A DNA stretch of 64,000 nucleotides, taken from the NCBI GenBank assembly GCA_965261945.1, contig CBDHEF010000002.1, forward strand, positions 1,743,327-1,807,326. The letters run 5' to 3'. Shown here one piece after another: positions 35,468 through 44,426 of the stretch. Made by a program: the position numbers and the translations under genes. Below the pieces are notes generated by a model, which ran no database searches, had not been told where the DNA came from, and saw nothing but the letters and a program-made list of their open reading frames with translations. Each line of letters starts with the position of its first letter. Within the stretch, counting starts at the first letter, position 1. Source of the stretch: Dehalococcoidia bacterium (GTDB taxonomy: Bacteria > Chloroflexota > Dehalococcoidia > Lucifugimonadales > UBA3495).

Positions 35468-35520
35468 TTGCGTCCTTGCGTCCTTGCGTCCTTGCGACGT
35501 TGCGACGTTGCGACGTTGCG
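35468..35520. repeat. 8-bp-period tandem array filling the coxM-coxS spacer
   Basis: (TTGCGTCC)x3 (TTGCGACG)x3 TTGCG. It lies between the coxM stop (35521-35523) and the coxS ATG (35457). Confidence 0.9.
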
Positions 35521-36444
35521 TTAGAACACTGCCTGAATCGCCAACCGCCGGTGGTCTTCATAAGCGAGCGGACTGCCAGCGGCCGACTCGGTTGCCCGCT
35601 CCAGCGTCCGGCGAGTCAGAACGCCGGACATCTGGCGTCGGTATCCGGCCGTGCCCCGGATGTCGTCTATCGGGCTGGCCTGGGCCATCGCCTCGTCGGC
35701 TGCCGCCTGCAACAGCTCCGCGCTGAGTTCCCGGCCGCGGAGCAGATCTTCGGCGGCGTAGGCCCGCAGGGGAGTCGGGGCGACTGCGCCCAGGGCGATG
35801 CGGGCGTCGGCGCAAACACCGGAACGCCGGTCAACCGTGACCACCGAGGCCACGCCGACGGTGGCGATGTCCATGGCGCCTCGCGGGCTGTGCTTGATAT
35901 ACAGCGAGCCGGTGTTCGGCGGGGGCGGGGGCAGGCTGATTTCGGTCAGCACCTCGTCGTGGGCCAACACTGTCCGCCCCGGCCCCGTGAAAAGCTGGTC
36001 GAGGGGCGCCTGGCGATGCCCGTCCGGGCCGGACAGACGGCCCTCCGCGGCGTAGGCCAGCAGCGCAGGCAGCGTGTCGCCCGAGGGCGAAGCGTTGCAG
36101 ATGTTGCCGCCCACTGTCGCCAGGTTCCGCACCTGCACCCCGGCAAAGGCAGCGGCCGCCGCCGCCAGCGCGGGATAATGCCGACGTATGGCCGGGTGCT
36201 GCTCCAGTGTCTGAATCGTTACCATCGCGCCGAGCCGCAGGCCGTTTCGTGCGCTGTAGGTCACCCGGCTTATGCCAGGAACGCGTTGTATGTTCACCAC
36301 GTAGTCGGGATGCCAGAACCCGGCGCGCCACCGGACGAGAAAGTCGGTGCTGCCAGCCACAATCCGGGCCTGCTCTCCGTGCCGCTGCAACATTCCAATG
36401 GCTTGCCGGAGCGTCCGCGCCTCCAGATACTCAAAACGCCTCAT
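35521..36444 (-). CDS. FAD-binding medium subunit (CoxM-like)
   Basis: FEYLEARTLRQAIGML...ARIVAGSTDF...LATVGGNI are FAD_binding_5/CO dehydrogenase flavoprotein motifs. Confidence 0.85.
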   Translation of the reverse strand: MRRFEYLEARTLRQAIGMLQRHGEQARIVAGSTDFLVRWRAGFWHPDYVVNIQRVPGISRVTYSARNGLRLGAMVTIQTLEQHPAIRRHYPALAAAAAAFAGVQVRNLATVGGNICNASPSGDTLPALLAYAAEGRLSGPDGHRQAPLDQLFTGPGRTVLAHDEVLTEISLPPPPPNTGSLYIKHSPRGAMDIATVGVASVVTVDRRSGVCADARIALGAVAPTPLRAYAAEDLLRGRELSAELLQAAADEAMAQASPIDDIRGTAGYRRQMSGVLTRRTLERATESAAGSPLAYEDHRRLAIQAVF

Positions 36445-36450
36445 GCCAAC

Positions 36451-36486
36451 CTCGTGCTCTGGACTGAACTCGTGCTCTGGACTGAA
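36451..36486. repeat. perfect 2 x 18-bp tandem repeat in the coxM 5' leader
   Basis: CTCGTGCTCTGGACTGAA x2, ending 7 nt upstream of the coxM ATG. The proximal copy contributes the GAGG Shine-Dalgarno on the minus strand. Confidence 0.9.
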
Positions 36487-36554
36487 AGCGAGTGTAGATA
36501 GGGCAGGCCACCCATGTCAACGCGGAGCATTTGACCTCGACGACCTTTGGGTTC

Positions 36555-36589
36555 TTTCCCTCTCTTGAGGTAGAGGGCTGCGGTGAGGC
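36555..36589. repeat. hairpin module H copy (degenerate)
   Basis: TTCCCTCTCTTGAGGTAGAGGGCTGCGGTGAGG. Confidence 0.4.
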
Positions 36590-36680
36590 CGCTATCGAGA
36601 CTCATTGATGAATTTCATCCTGTCCGGCTAATCGCAGGTTCATTCCGTCAGAGTGTATCATCCACGGGGGCGGTTTTTGC

Positions 36681-37901
36681 GTGTACATATACGGCATTAG
36701 AAATTGGGGCGCTTCCCTGAGATTCAGGGACTTCCGGACGCTCTGGGCCTCGACGGTACTCTATTCCCTGGGCACCGGGATGGAGCAGGTCTCCGTAGGG
36801 TGGCTCATCTTCGAGTTGACTGACTCGCCGTTCATGGTGGGCGTGGGAGCAGCGGCCCGGATGCTGCCCTTCTTCCTCCTGGGCGTGTTGTCCGGTGTAA
36901 TCGCCGATAGGTGGGATCGCCGGATGCTGCTCAGGGCCGGGACACTGGGGGCCTCCGCCGCAGCGCTGGCGACGGCCCTCCTGCTGTTGGGCGGACTCGA
37001 CAACGTCTGGCTCTTCATCGCCCTGGTGGCCGTCTTCGGCAGCCTGATGGCCTTTACCATTACCATACGGCAGACCTTAACCTACGACATCGTGGGGCAG
37101 CCACACGCCCTGAACGGGCTGGCCCTGGGCGCAATGGCCATGCAGGGGGGCGGCATCGCCGGGTCCCTCGCCTCCGGGGCGCTGATCGAGTTCGTAGGCC
37201 CAGGCTGGCAGTTCGTTGCCGCGGCTGTTTGCTATCTGGGATCCTCCCTCGTGATTCTGGCCATCGGCGACCCGGCCCATTCCGCGAGGTCGGCCGCCGA
37301 ACCTGTGCTGAAGAATCTGGCGGGTTATGTCAGGCTGGTCCGCGAGAACCGCATCCTGCTCGTCCTCATGCTGCTGACTGCGGCCACGGAAGTGTTCGGG
37401 TTTACGCACATGACCCTGCTTCCCGTCTTCGCCAGGGAGGTCCTTCACGTTGGAGCGACGGGCCTGGGAATTATGACCGCCATGCGCCAGGTCGGGGGCC
37501 TGCTGGGACTCTGGGTCCTGGCCGGGCTGGCCGCCTTCCGCAGGAAGGGGCTGATGATGTTCCTGATTGCCATCGGTTTTGGTTGCGGCCAGATGGCGTT
37601 TTCCCTGTCCAGCAATCTCTACTACTTTCTGGGGGTGCTGCTGTTGGTCAACGCCTGCGCCATGGCCGTCGATACCATCTACAAGACCCTCATGCAGGAA
37701 AGCGTCGCCGACGAAGAGCGCGGTCGCGCCATGGGTTCGTGGGTACTGAGCATCGGCGTTGCGCCAGTGGGCCACTTGGGAATTGGGGCGCTGGCGGGTA
37801 TGCTGGGAGCCCCGGGGGCACTGCTGATTAACGGCTCCGTCCTGGCGGCCGTCAGCATTGGCGCGGCGCTCGGGCTGCCTGGGATAAGGCGGCTGGAGTA
37901 G
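36681..37901 (+). CDS. MFS transporter
   Basis: About 12 hydrophobic segments, with an MFS-like loop motif GVIADRWDRRMLL between TM2 and TM3. GTG start, so the start is uncertain. Confidence 0.75.
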   Translation: MYIYGIRNWGASLRFRDFRTLWASTVLYSLGTGMEQVSVGWLIFELTDSPFMVGVGAAARMLPFFLLGVLSGVIADRWDRRMLLRAGTLGASAAALATALLLLGGLDNVWLFIALVAVFGSLMAFTITIRQTLTYDIVGQPHALNGLALGAMAMQGGGIAGSLASGALIEFVGPGWQFVAAAVCYLGSSLVILAIGDPAHSARSAAEPVLKNLAGYVRLVRENRILLVLMLLTAATEVFGFTHMTLLPVFAREVLHVGATGLGIMTAMRQVGGLLGLWVLAGLAAFRRKGLMMFLIAIGFGCGQMAFSLSSNLYYFLGVLLLVNACAMAVDTIYKTLMQESVADEERGRAMGSWVLSIGVAPVGHLGIGALAGMLGAPGALLINGSVLAAVSIGAALGLPGIRRLE

Positions 37902-38013
37902 GAGCGGCTTACGGATACGCCATCCATACCTTGAGGTCTCCAATCAGGAGTCAGCATCCAAGACCGGCGGCCAGACGCAGACCCTGCCGATGTCAGGGCA
38001 TAGTCTCTTGATT

Positions 38014-38243
38014 CTCCCTCTCCCTTGAAGGAGAGGGCTGGGGTGAGGGACAAATCCGGGGATGCCACAATGTTCCCTCACCAGCGGGGACGCCCTACGG
38101 TTATGACGTGGACGTTGCGCGGTCGTACAATGTTCCCTGCACCAGCGGGGACGCCCATTGTCAGGCAACGTTAGGCTTCCTGCCTTGACAATGTTCCCTG
38201 CACCAGCGGGGACGCCCCCACCTTGACCCTCCCCCGGAGGGAG
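38014..38243. repeat. composite MITE-like element (inverse orientation): H, C, three R units with two 32-nt spacers, H'
   Basis: H is CTCCCTCTCCCTTGAAGGAGAGGGCTGGGGTGAGGG (38014-38049). C is ACAAATCCGGGGATGCCA (38050-38067). The R array is at 38068-38217. H' is CCACCTTGACCCTCCCCCGGAGGGAG. Confidence 0.7.
38068..38217 (+). CRISPR. mini CRISPR-like array, 3 repeats and 2 spacers, type I-E-like repeat
   Basis: Repeats of CAATGTTCCCT(G)CACCAGCGGGGACGCCC are at 38068-38095, 38128-38156 and 38189-38217. The spacers are exactly 32 nt each and are unrelated to each other. The repeat core GTTCCCTGCACCAGCGGGGA closely matches the E. coli I-E repeat GAGTTCCCCGCGCCAGCGGGGATAAACCG. Confidence 0.55.
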
Positions 38244-38448
38244 ATGGAACAACTGAAAAAAACCGCGAATCATGTTCGGCGCTTGTCGGGATAACATGGC
38301 AGGTGGTACAACCACCGGGTACAGGTCAATCGGGGTGGCTGACCTGGCGCCGGGCATAGGCCGTTTCTCGCAATTTCCAGCCGCATCATCCCCACCCACC
38401 GATTCCCGCCGCGCCAGTCGGCACGGCCACTACGACGAGGTGCCGGAC

Positions 38449-40617
38449 ATGACCCACCATCCGACTCCATCTTCTTCAGCCAATGAAACGCCGGAGCCTT
38501 CGGCCACGGGCGGCTCCCATCTCGAACCAACTCCTCCGAAGGCTGGGCAGAGGCCGCACAGCGTCACCCACCACGGCGTGGCGATCGAGGACCCATGGCA
38601 CTGGCTGCGCGACCCCGGCTATCCGACTGTGGACGACGCCGAGGTGCTCGCCTATCTCACGGCCGAAAACGAATACTTTGAGGCTGTGATGTCGCCCCAC
38701 AGAGAGCTGATCGACACCATCTTCGAGGAGATCAAGGGGCGTCAACAGCCGGACCTGTCCAGTGTGCCGTGGAAGCGCGGCAACTGGTACTACCAGTGGA
38801 GCTTCCAGGAGGGAAGCCAGTACCGAGTATGGCGTCGCTGGCCGTCCGGCAGCCCCGGCGCGCGGGAAACGCCGCCCGCCGATGCAGTGGCGATTCTGGA
38901 TGAGCCGGCCCTGGCGGAAGACTATGAATACTTCCGGCTCGGCTCGATGTCGGTGAGCAACGGCGGCTCCCTGCTGGCCTACAGCACGGATACCGACGGC
39001 TCCGAGCGGTTCAGGATGGCGGTAAAGGACCTGGATACCGGGGAGATGCGGCAAGACGAAATCGAAGGAACCATGGGGGGAGCGGTGTGGGCAGCCGACG
39101 ACGCCTCGTTCTTCTATACGGTGGTGGACGAGAACTGGCGCCCGTGGCAGGTTCGCCGGCATATCCTCGGCCAGCCTGCGGCACAGGACTCCGTGGTATA
39201 CGAAGAGACGGACCCCGGCTTCTTCGTCGGGCTGTCGGCCACCACTTCTAGGGAGTACACCATCATCGCCGCCGGCGACCACGTCACTTCCGAGGTGCGC
39301 CTCGTGCCCGCGTCGGCCCCCGACGCCGCGCCGTTCCTGGTGGCGCCCCGCCGTACCGGCCACGAATACTCGGTGGACCACCAGGGCGACCGCTTCGTCA
39401 TCCGCACCAACGACAGGCACAAGAACACGCGCCTGGCGACTGCGCCCGCAGCCCTGACTTCATCCCCGGGGCCCACCGAAGGGGCCTGGACGCCGCTGGT
39501 GGAGCCGTCGGATTCGCACTACATCCGGGCCTTCAAGACATTCCGGGACTTTGTCGCCGTGGAGGAACGCATAGACGGCCTGGACCATGTGCGCCTGATT
39601 GACGGCGCGGGCGAGTCCGTCTACGTGCCGTTCCCGGAGTCGGCGTACAGCGTTGGACTGGACACGAACCCGGAATTCCAGACCGGCGCGCTGCGCCTGG
39701 AGTACACGTCGATGGTTACGCCGGCGACCGTGTTCGACTATCACGTTGACGCCGGCCACCTCGAAGTTCGCAAGGTGCAGCAGATTCCCAGCGGGTACAA
39801 TGCCTCCGAATACGTGACGGAGCGGGCGCTGGCCACCGCCCGCGACGGCGCGCAGGTTCCAGTGTCCCTTGTCCGCCGCAGGGAGACCCCCCTGGACGGC
39901 GCCGCGCCCCTGTATCTCTACGGCTACGGCGCCTATGGCCTTTCCTTTCCGCCGTCGTTCTCCACCACGAGGCTGTCGCTGCTGGACCGGGGGTTCATCT
40001 TCGCCATCGCCCACATTCGCGGCGGCGATGACCTGGGATACCACTGGTATGAGGCCGGCAAACTGGACCGGCGCACCAACACATTCAACGACTTCGTGGA
40101 CGTCGCCCTTGACCTGGTGGAGCGGGGCTACGGCTCTAAGGGCCGCATCGCCATCGCCGGGGGCAGCGCCGGGGGACAGCTCATGGGCGCCGTGGTGAAC
40201 CAGGCCCCGGAGCTGTGGGGCGCCGTCGCCGCCCACGTCCCCTTCGTGGACGCGCTGAACACCATGCTGGACGACACCCTGCCCCTCACGCCCATTGAGT
40301 GGCCGGAGTGGGGCAATCCCATTGAGGACAGGGTCGCCTTCGACTACATCCGGTCCTATTCTCCGTATGACCAACTGGAGCCGCGGGACTATCCTCCTAT
40401 GTTAGTGACCGCGGGACTGAACGACCCCAGGGTAACCTACTGGGAACCCGCCAAGTACGTGGCAAAGCTGAGGGCGTTGAAGACCGACGACAACCGGCTA
40501 CTGCTCAAGACCAACATGGGCGCGGGCCACGGCGGCAGGTCGGGCCGGTTCGACCGGCTTTACGAGGTGGCAGAGGAATACGCCTTCATGCTGGCGAGCA
40601 TGGGGCTGGCGGAGTAG
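38449..40617 (+). CDS. ptrB: S9-family serine peptidase, oligopeptidase B-like
   Basis: DPWHWLRD...YLTAENEYF marks the N-terminal propeller. The catalytic domain has IAIAGGSAGGQLMG (GxSxGG), GLNDPRV and GAGHGG. Track ORF trimmed to ATG 38449. Confidence 0.85.
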   Translation: MTHHPTPSSSANETPEPSATGGSHLEPTPPKAGQRPHSVTHHGVAIEDPWHWLRDPGYPTVDDAEVLAYLTAENEYFEAVMSPHRELIDTIFEEIKGRQQPDLSSVPWKRGNWYYQWSFQEGSQYRVWRRWPSGSPGARETPPADAVAILDEPALAEDYEYFRLGSMSVSNGGSLLAYSTDTDGSERFRMAVKDLDTGEMRQDEIEGTMGGAVWAADDASFFYTVVDENWRPWQVRRHILGQPAAQDSVVYEETDPGFFVGLSATTSREYTIIAAGDHVTSEVRLVPASAPDAAPFLVAPRRTGHEYSVDHQGDRFVIRTNDRHKNTRLATAPAALTSSPGPTEGAWTPLVEPSDSHYIRAFKTFRDFVAVEERIDGLDHVRLIDGAGESVYVPFPESAYSVGLDTNPEFQTGALRLEYTSMVTPATVFDYHVDAGHLEVRKVQQIPSGYNASEYVTERALATARDGAQVPVSLVRRRETPLDGAAPLYLYGYGAYGLSFPPSFSTTRLSLLDRGFIFAIAHIRGGDDLGYHWYEAGKLDRRTNTFNDFVDVALDLVERGYGSKGRIAIAGGSAGGQLMGAVVNQAPELWGAVAAHVPFVDALNTMLDDTLPLTPIEWPEWGNPIEDRVAFDYIRSYSPYDQLEPRDYPPMLVTAGLNDPRVTYWEPAKYVAKLRALKTDDNRLLLKTNMGAGHGGRSGRFDRLYEVAEEYAFMLASMGLAE

Positions 40618-40805
40618 CCCCCTCTCCCTCCGGGGGGGAGGGTTGGGGCAGGGTTGGGGCGCACTTCGATACGCGAAATAACCTGCGGTCGCCCCCCTCT
40701 ACCTCCGGGGGAAGGGTTGGGGTGGGGGCGTCCCCTTTTCGCCAGCGACATTGCCATAGCCCACGAATCCCGCTCTTGCCCCAGCCCAATCCCTCCAGGG
40801 AGAGG
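40618..40805. repeat. two adjacent copies of the dispersed element (H plus degenerate core, then H-R-C-H')
   Basis: H is at 40618-40661. The second H (CCCCCCTCTACCTCCGGGGGAAGGGTTGGGGTGGG) is at 40691-40725. R (GGGCGTCCCCTTTTCGCCAGCGACATTG) is at 40726-40753. C is at 40754-40771. A decayed H' is at 40772-40805. Confidence 0.6.
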
Positions 40806-40911
40806 ACCGAAAAATCGCGAGCAACCGAATCTCGGCCCTTGCCGGACAGACGTGGCCGGTGGTACAAACAGCGAGGCAACTCAAGAGAACCCGCGTGAAA
40901 GGAGATTTGAC

Positions 40912-41703
40912 ATGGTCCGCTTGGAAGGAAAGGTGGCCTTGATTACCGGGGCCACAGGTGGAATCGGCCGGGCCGCGACGAGATTGTTTGCCGACGAGGG
41001 GGCGCGTGTCGCATTGGTTGACCTTAACGAATCGGCGCTTCAGGAGGCCGTGCGGTCAATCGGCGAGGACAAGGCCAGCTACACCGTGGCCGACGTAACT
41101 CAGCCCGACCAGGCCCAGGGCTACGTCAACGCAGCCGTGGAACGCTGGGGAGGCATAGATGTCTACCTGGCCAACGCGGGAATCGAGGGGGCCATGTCCC
41201 CGATACCGGAATATCCCATAGACGTTTTTGACCGGGTGATGGCGGTCAACGTGCGCGGGGTATGGCTGGGAATCAAGTACGTGGTCCCAGTGATGAGCCA
41301 GCGAGGAGGCGGCAGCATCGTCATCACTTCCTCCACAGCGGGCATCGGCGGGACGCCGGATATGTCGGCTTACACCACCAGCAAGCACGCGGTCATCGGC
41401 CTGATGCGCACCGCCGCGTTGGAGGGGGCGCCTTTGGGCATCCGGGTCAACACCGTCAATCCGTCTCCCATCGAGACCCGCATGATGCGCTCAATCGAGG
41501 AGATGCGCGTGGCAACGCTGGACGACTCCAACGTAACCGTGGAGCAGGTGAAACAGGCGCAGGCCTTGCGCATACCGCTGGAACGGTACGGAAACCCCGA
41601 GGAAGTGGCCCGGTTGATGCTGTTTCTGGCCTGCGACGACAGCAGCTTCTGCACGGGCGGCGTCTACATGGTAGACGGCGGCAGGTCTGCGGGCAGCCGG
41701 TAG
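40912..41703 (+). CDS. SDR-family oxidoreductase
   Basis: KVALITGATGGIGRA (TGxxxGxG), NAG, and S...YTTSKHAV as the catalytic YxxxK. AAAGGAG lies 8 nt upstream of ATG 40912. Confidence 0.85.
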   Translation: MVRLEGKVALITGATGGIGRAATRLFADEGARVALVDLNESALQEAVRSIGEDKASYTVADVTQPDQAQGYVNAAVERWGGIDVYLANAGIEGAMSPIPEYPIDVFDRVMAVNVRGVWLGIKYVVPVMSQRGGGSIVITSSTAGIGGTPDMSAYTTSKHAVIGLMRTAALEGAPLGIRVNTVNPSPIETRMMRSIEEMRVATLDDSNVTVEQVKQAQALRIPLERYGNPEEVARLMLFLACDDSSFCTGGVYMVDGGRSAGSR

Positions 41704-41842
41704 CCTGTTCAACCGCGTCCGGGCTGGCTGCTCCGCGCCCCTACCCTTCCCCGCTTTGGAGTTGGCCGGGGGGGCGCCCTGCCCCTTTCGGGGGCGCGCC
41801 GCTCCCAGTTTCCGCTGAGGTGAGCGGCGCAACCGAGGTTGT

Positions 41843-42835
41843 CTATTCCGGCGGGTCTATGACAATGTCCGGGTGGGTATCCACGCCGTAGCGGGCAAAT
41901 ACCTCGTCTATCTGCGCCATCTCCACCCCCGACAGGGCCCACTCCAGCCCGGCAACATTGTCTTCCACCTCCTGAACGGTGCGGGTGCCGACCAGCGCAA
42001 CGCTCACGGCAGGGTTCGACAGCACCCACCGCAGGGCCAGATGCGGCATCTTCTTGCCGCGAACCCCGGCGATGGGTTTCAGTTCCTCCACGACTTGCAG
42101 GTTTCGCTGGAAGTGCTCTTCGGCGAACACGCCCACGTTCCACCCAGGCCGCCCGCCCGTGGAGCGCTAGTCGTTGCTCCCAAAGGTCGTGTCCGCCGTG
42201 AACGCGCCCGACAGCAGGCCGAAGGCCAGGGGGCCGTAGGTCATCACGCCGGTGCCCTGTTGCTCGCAATGAGGGAAGATTTCCTGCTCCATGCGCCGGT
42301 CGAACATATTGAGGCCGTACTGCACGATATCCACGCTTCGGACAGCTTCGCATTCCTTAATCTGGTCAAGGGTGAAATTGGAGACGCCAACGGCGCGAAC
42401 CGTTCCCTGCCGCACCAGGCTGTCCAGCGCGTGCATGGCCTCGTCGAAGGGCGTGTTGACGTCCGGCCAGTGGATGAGCAGCACGTCCAGGTAGTCCGTC
42501 CCCATGTTCCGCAGGCTCTGCTCGACGGAGGCGAGGATGGACACCATGCGGCTGTCGCGGCCCTTGGGCCGGTCGGGGTAGCCCACGCCGCACTTGGTGA
42601 CGACAATAACGTCCTTCCGCCTCTCGCCCAGGGCGCGGCCCAGCAGAATTTCGGACTCGCCGCCTCCGTATGCCGGGGCCGTGTCGAAGCAATTGATGCC
42701 AAGGTCGATGGCGCGGTTGACGGCGGCGGCGACCTCCCGCTCGGTAACGTCACCGTAGGTGCCTCCCATCTCCCAGCAGCCGAACCCGAGGGCCGAAACC
42801 GTCATGTCCGTTGGCCCGAATCTCCGATATTCCAT
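41843..42835 (-). pseudogene. aldo/keto reductase interrupted by one in-frame TAG
   Basis: ORFs 42167..42835 and 41843..42136 are in the same frame. The junction reads FGSND*RSTGG where AKRs have D-W-R. The TAG (42167-42169) is one transition away from TGG. Confidence 0.7.
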
Positions 42836-43036
42836 CGCCGTACCGCTCCCGTTGGATCCAGGGGGTAAACTGAGGAGTCAGCGCATCAATTCCAATGTTA
42901 CGATTTCGGCTCGCCCAACTCGCCAGTCCGTTGACAATAGCAATGCCCGTTGCTAGATTAGACCCAATATCGTTCCGAAACAACCCATCGCGTTGCGAAG
43001 AAGGGGGCCTACTTGCCAGTCCAGAGATTCAGGCCA

Positions 43037-44401
43037 ATGACCAAGGATTTCCCCACTTTTGACTGCGACGCCCACATCGTGGAGCCAGCCAGGGTCTGGG
43101 AGCGGGCCGCAGACAGCCTCACCAGGGATGAACTGGAAGCCCTGAAGTCCACCATGTGGTACGACGCCGAGACGAACCAGTTGCTGGTCAACGGCAAGGC
43201 CGACGTGAACAGCTTCTCCCCGACTCCGAAGACCGGCCCGGGAATGATCGACATCGTGAGGCTGGCCGGCCCCGGCCTGAAGCACGACATCCAGCGCGCC
43301 CTGAACGTCCGCAACCTCAAGGGCGAGACTGCCCTCACCCAGGAGCAGTCGGACTACCTGGCCCACGCCGGAGCCGACGAGCCTGGCCCCCGGCTACGGG
43401 ACATGAATGTGCAGGGCATCGACCAGGTGATGATCATACCCACCAGCATCGACACCTATCCATGGCTACAGCACGCCCTGGGCGCCCGGGCAATGTGCAA
43501 GGCCTACAACGACTGGGCCTTCGAGTACACGCAGGAAGACCCCGACCGGCTCTTCTTCGCCGCCCTCATCCCCATGCAGAGCCCCCAGTATGCCGCCGAA
43601 GAGGTCTACCGCGTGGCCGCCAGAGGCTGCCGGGTCGCCCTCATCCGGCCCATGGACGCCATGGGCAACTACCCGATCCAGCCCAAGTACGAAGTCGTCT
43701 GGAACGCGCTCGAAGACACCGGGCTGGTCTACGGTATGCACCCCTTCCCGGCCTCGGGAATTGCCAAGCCCCCCGGCTACTCCGACCAGTATTCCGGCGC
43801 GGAGCTGGTCAGAAAGACCATCTCCACCTCCGGCCTGCCCCATACCTTCCTGTCCAACGTGCAGAACTTCCAGGCCGAGGCCTCCCTGTGGGTGACCATG
43901 GTGCTGATGTCCGGGTTCTTCGAGCGCCACCCGAAAATTCGGGCCGCGGTGTTTGAGGCGTCCTCCACCTGGCTCAGCTTTCTGCTGGACGAATGCGACA
44001 AGACTTACCGGCTCTACCGCAACGACCGCAGTCTGCCCCCGCTCAAGCAGTTGCCCAGCGAGACCTTCTTCCAGCACTGCGTTACCGGGTTCGAGGGAGA
44101 CGAGTCGCCGCCGTCGCGCCTGCCCGACTTCTACCGCGACATACTCGCCTGGGCTTCCGATGTGTACCACCACGACGGGGATGACGTCTGGCGGGCCATC
44201 GAGACCATGGAAGAGTGCGAGCTGCCCATCGAAGACCAGGCCAGGTTCCTGGGAGCCAACGCGCGCCGGCTCTACAATATCGAGCCGCCAAAGAAGATAA
44301 TCAGCGACCGCGTTACCGAGATTCAGCGCCCCGACTGGTGGCCCGACGAAGACGAGATCAGAGAAGCCCTCAAGCCGGAGTCGTCGGTGACGCGCCGGTA
44401 A
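43037..44401 (+). CDS. amidohydrolase-2 family metal-dependent hydrolase/decarboxylase
   Basis: FDCDAHIVEP..VWE N-terminal metal-binding motif. TIM-barrel Amidohydro_2 length and pattern (WASDVYHHD). Confidence 0.8.
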   Translation: MTKDFPTFDCDAHIVEPARVWERAADSLTRDELEALKSTMWYDAETNQLLVNGKADVNSFSPTPKTGPGMIDIVRLAGPGLKHDIQRALNVRNLKGETALTQEQSDYLAHAGADEPGPRLRDMNVQGIDQVMIIPTSIDTYPWLQHALGARAMCKAYNDWAFEYTQEDPDRLFFAALIPMQSPQYAAEEVYRVAARGCRVALIRPMDAMGNYPIQPKYEVVWNALEDTGLVYGMHPFPASGIAKPPGYSDQYSGAELVRKTISTSGLPHTFLSNVQNFQAEASLWVTMVLMSGFFERHPKIRAAVFEASSTWLSFLLDECDKTYRLYRNDRSLPPLKQLPSETFFQHCVTGFEGDESPPSRLPDFYRDILAWASDVYHHDGDDVWRAIETMEECELPIEDQARFLGANARRLYNIEPPKKIISDRVTEIQRPDWWPDEDEIREALKPESSVTRR

Positions 44402-44426
44402 CCTGAACGCCCTTGGAACACGCACG

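Noticed and set aside
35468-35520. Possibility that the 8-bp, 15-bp and 18-bp tandem arrays are CRISPR arrays
   Set aside because: The units are contiguous with no spacers and are far shorter than CRISPR repeats. They are treated as microsatellite or minisatellite-like arrays.
32570-36501. Plus-strand ORFs 32570..33634, 33704..35041 and 35359..36501 over the cox operon
   Set aside because: They are antisense to CoxL/S/M genes that carry diagnostic cofactor motifs. Their composition is typical of GC-rich shadow ORFs.
38272-38448. Upstream starts for ptrB (38272) and for the SDR gene (40654)
   Set aside because: The extra N-terminal residues are translations of the dispersed repeats (PLPPGEGLGWG-type). 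Conserved domains begin at the downstream ATGs, and the SDR has a good SD.
37077-40374. Minus-strand ORFs 37077..37943, 38476..39420 and 39460..40374
   Set aside because: They are shadow ORFs opposite the MFS transporter and oligopeptidase B. No motifs are present.
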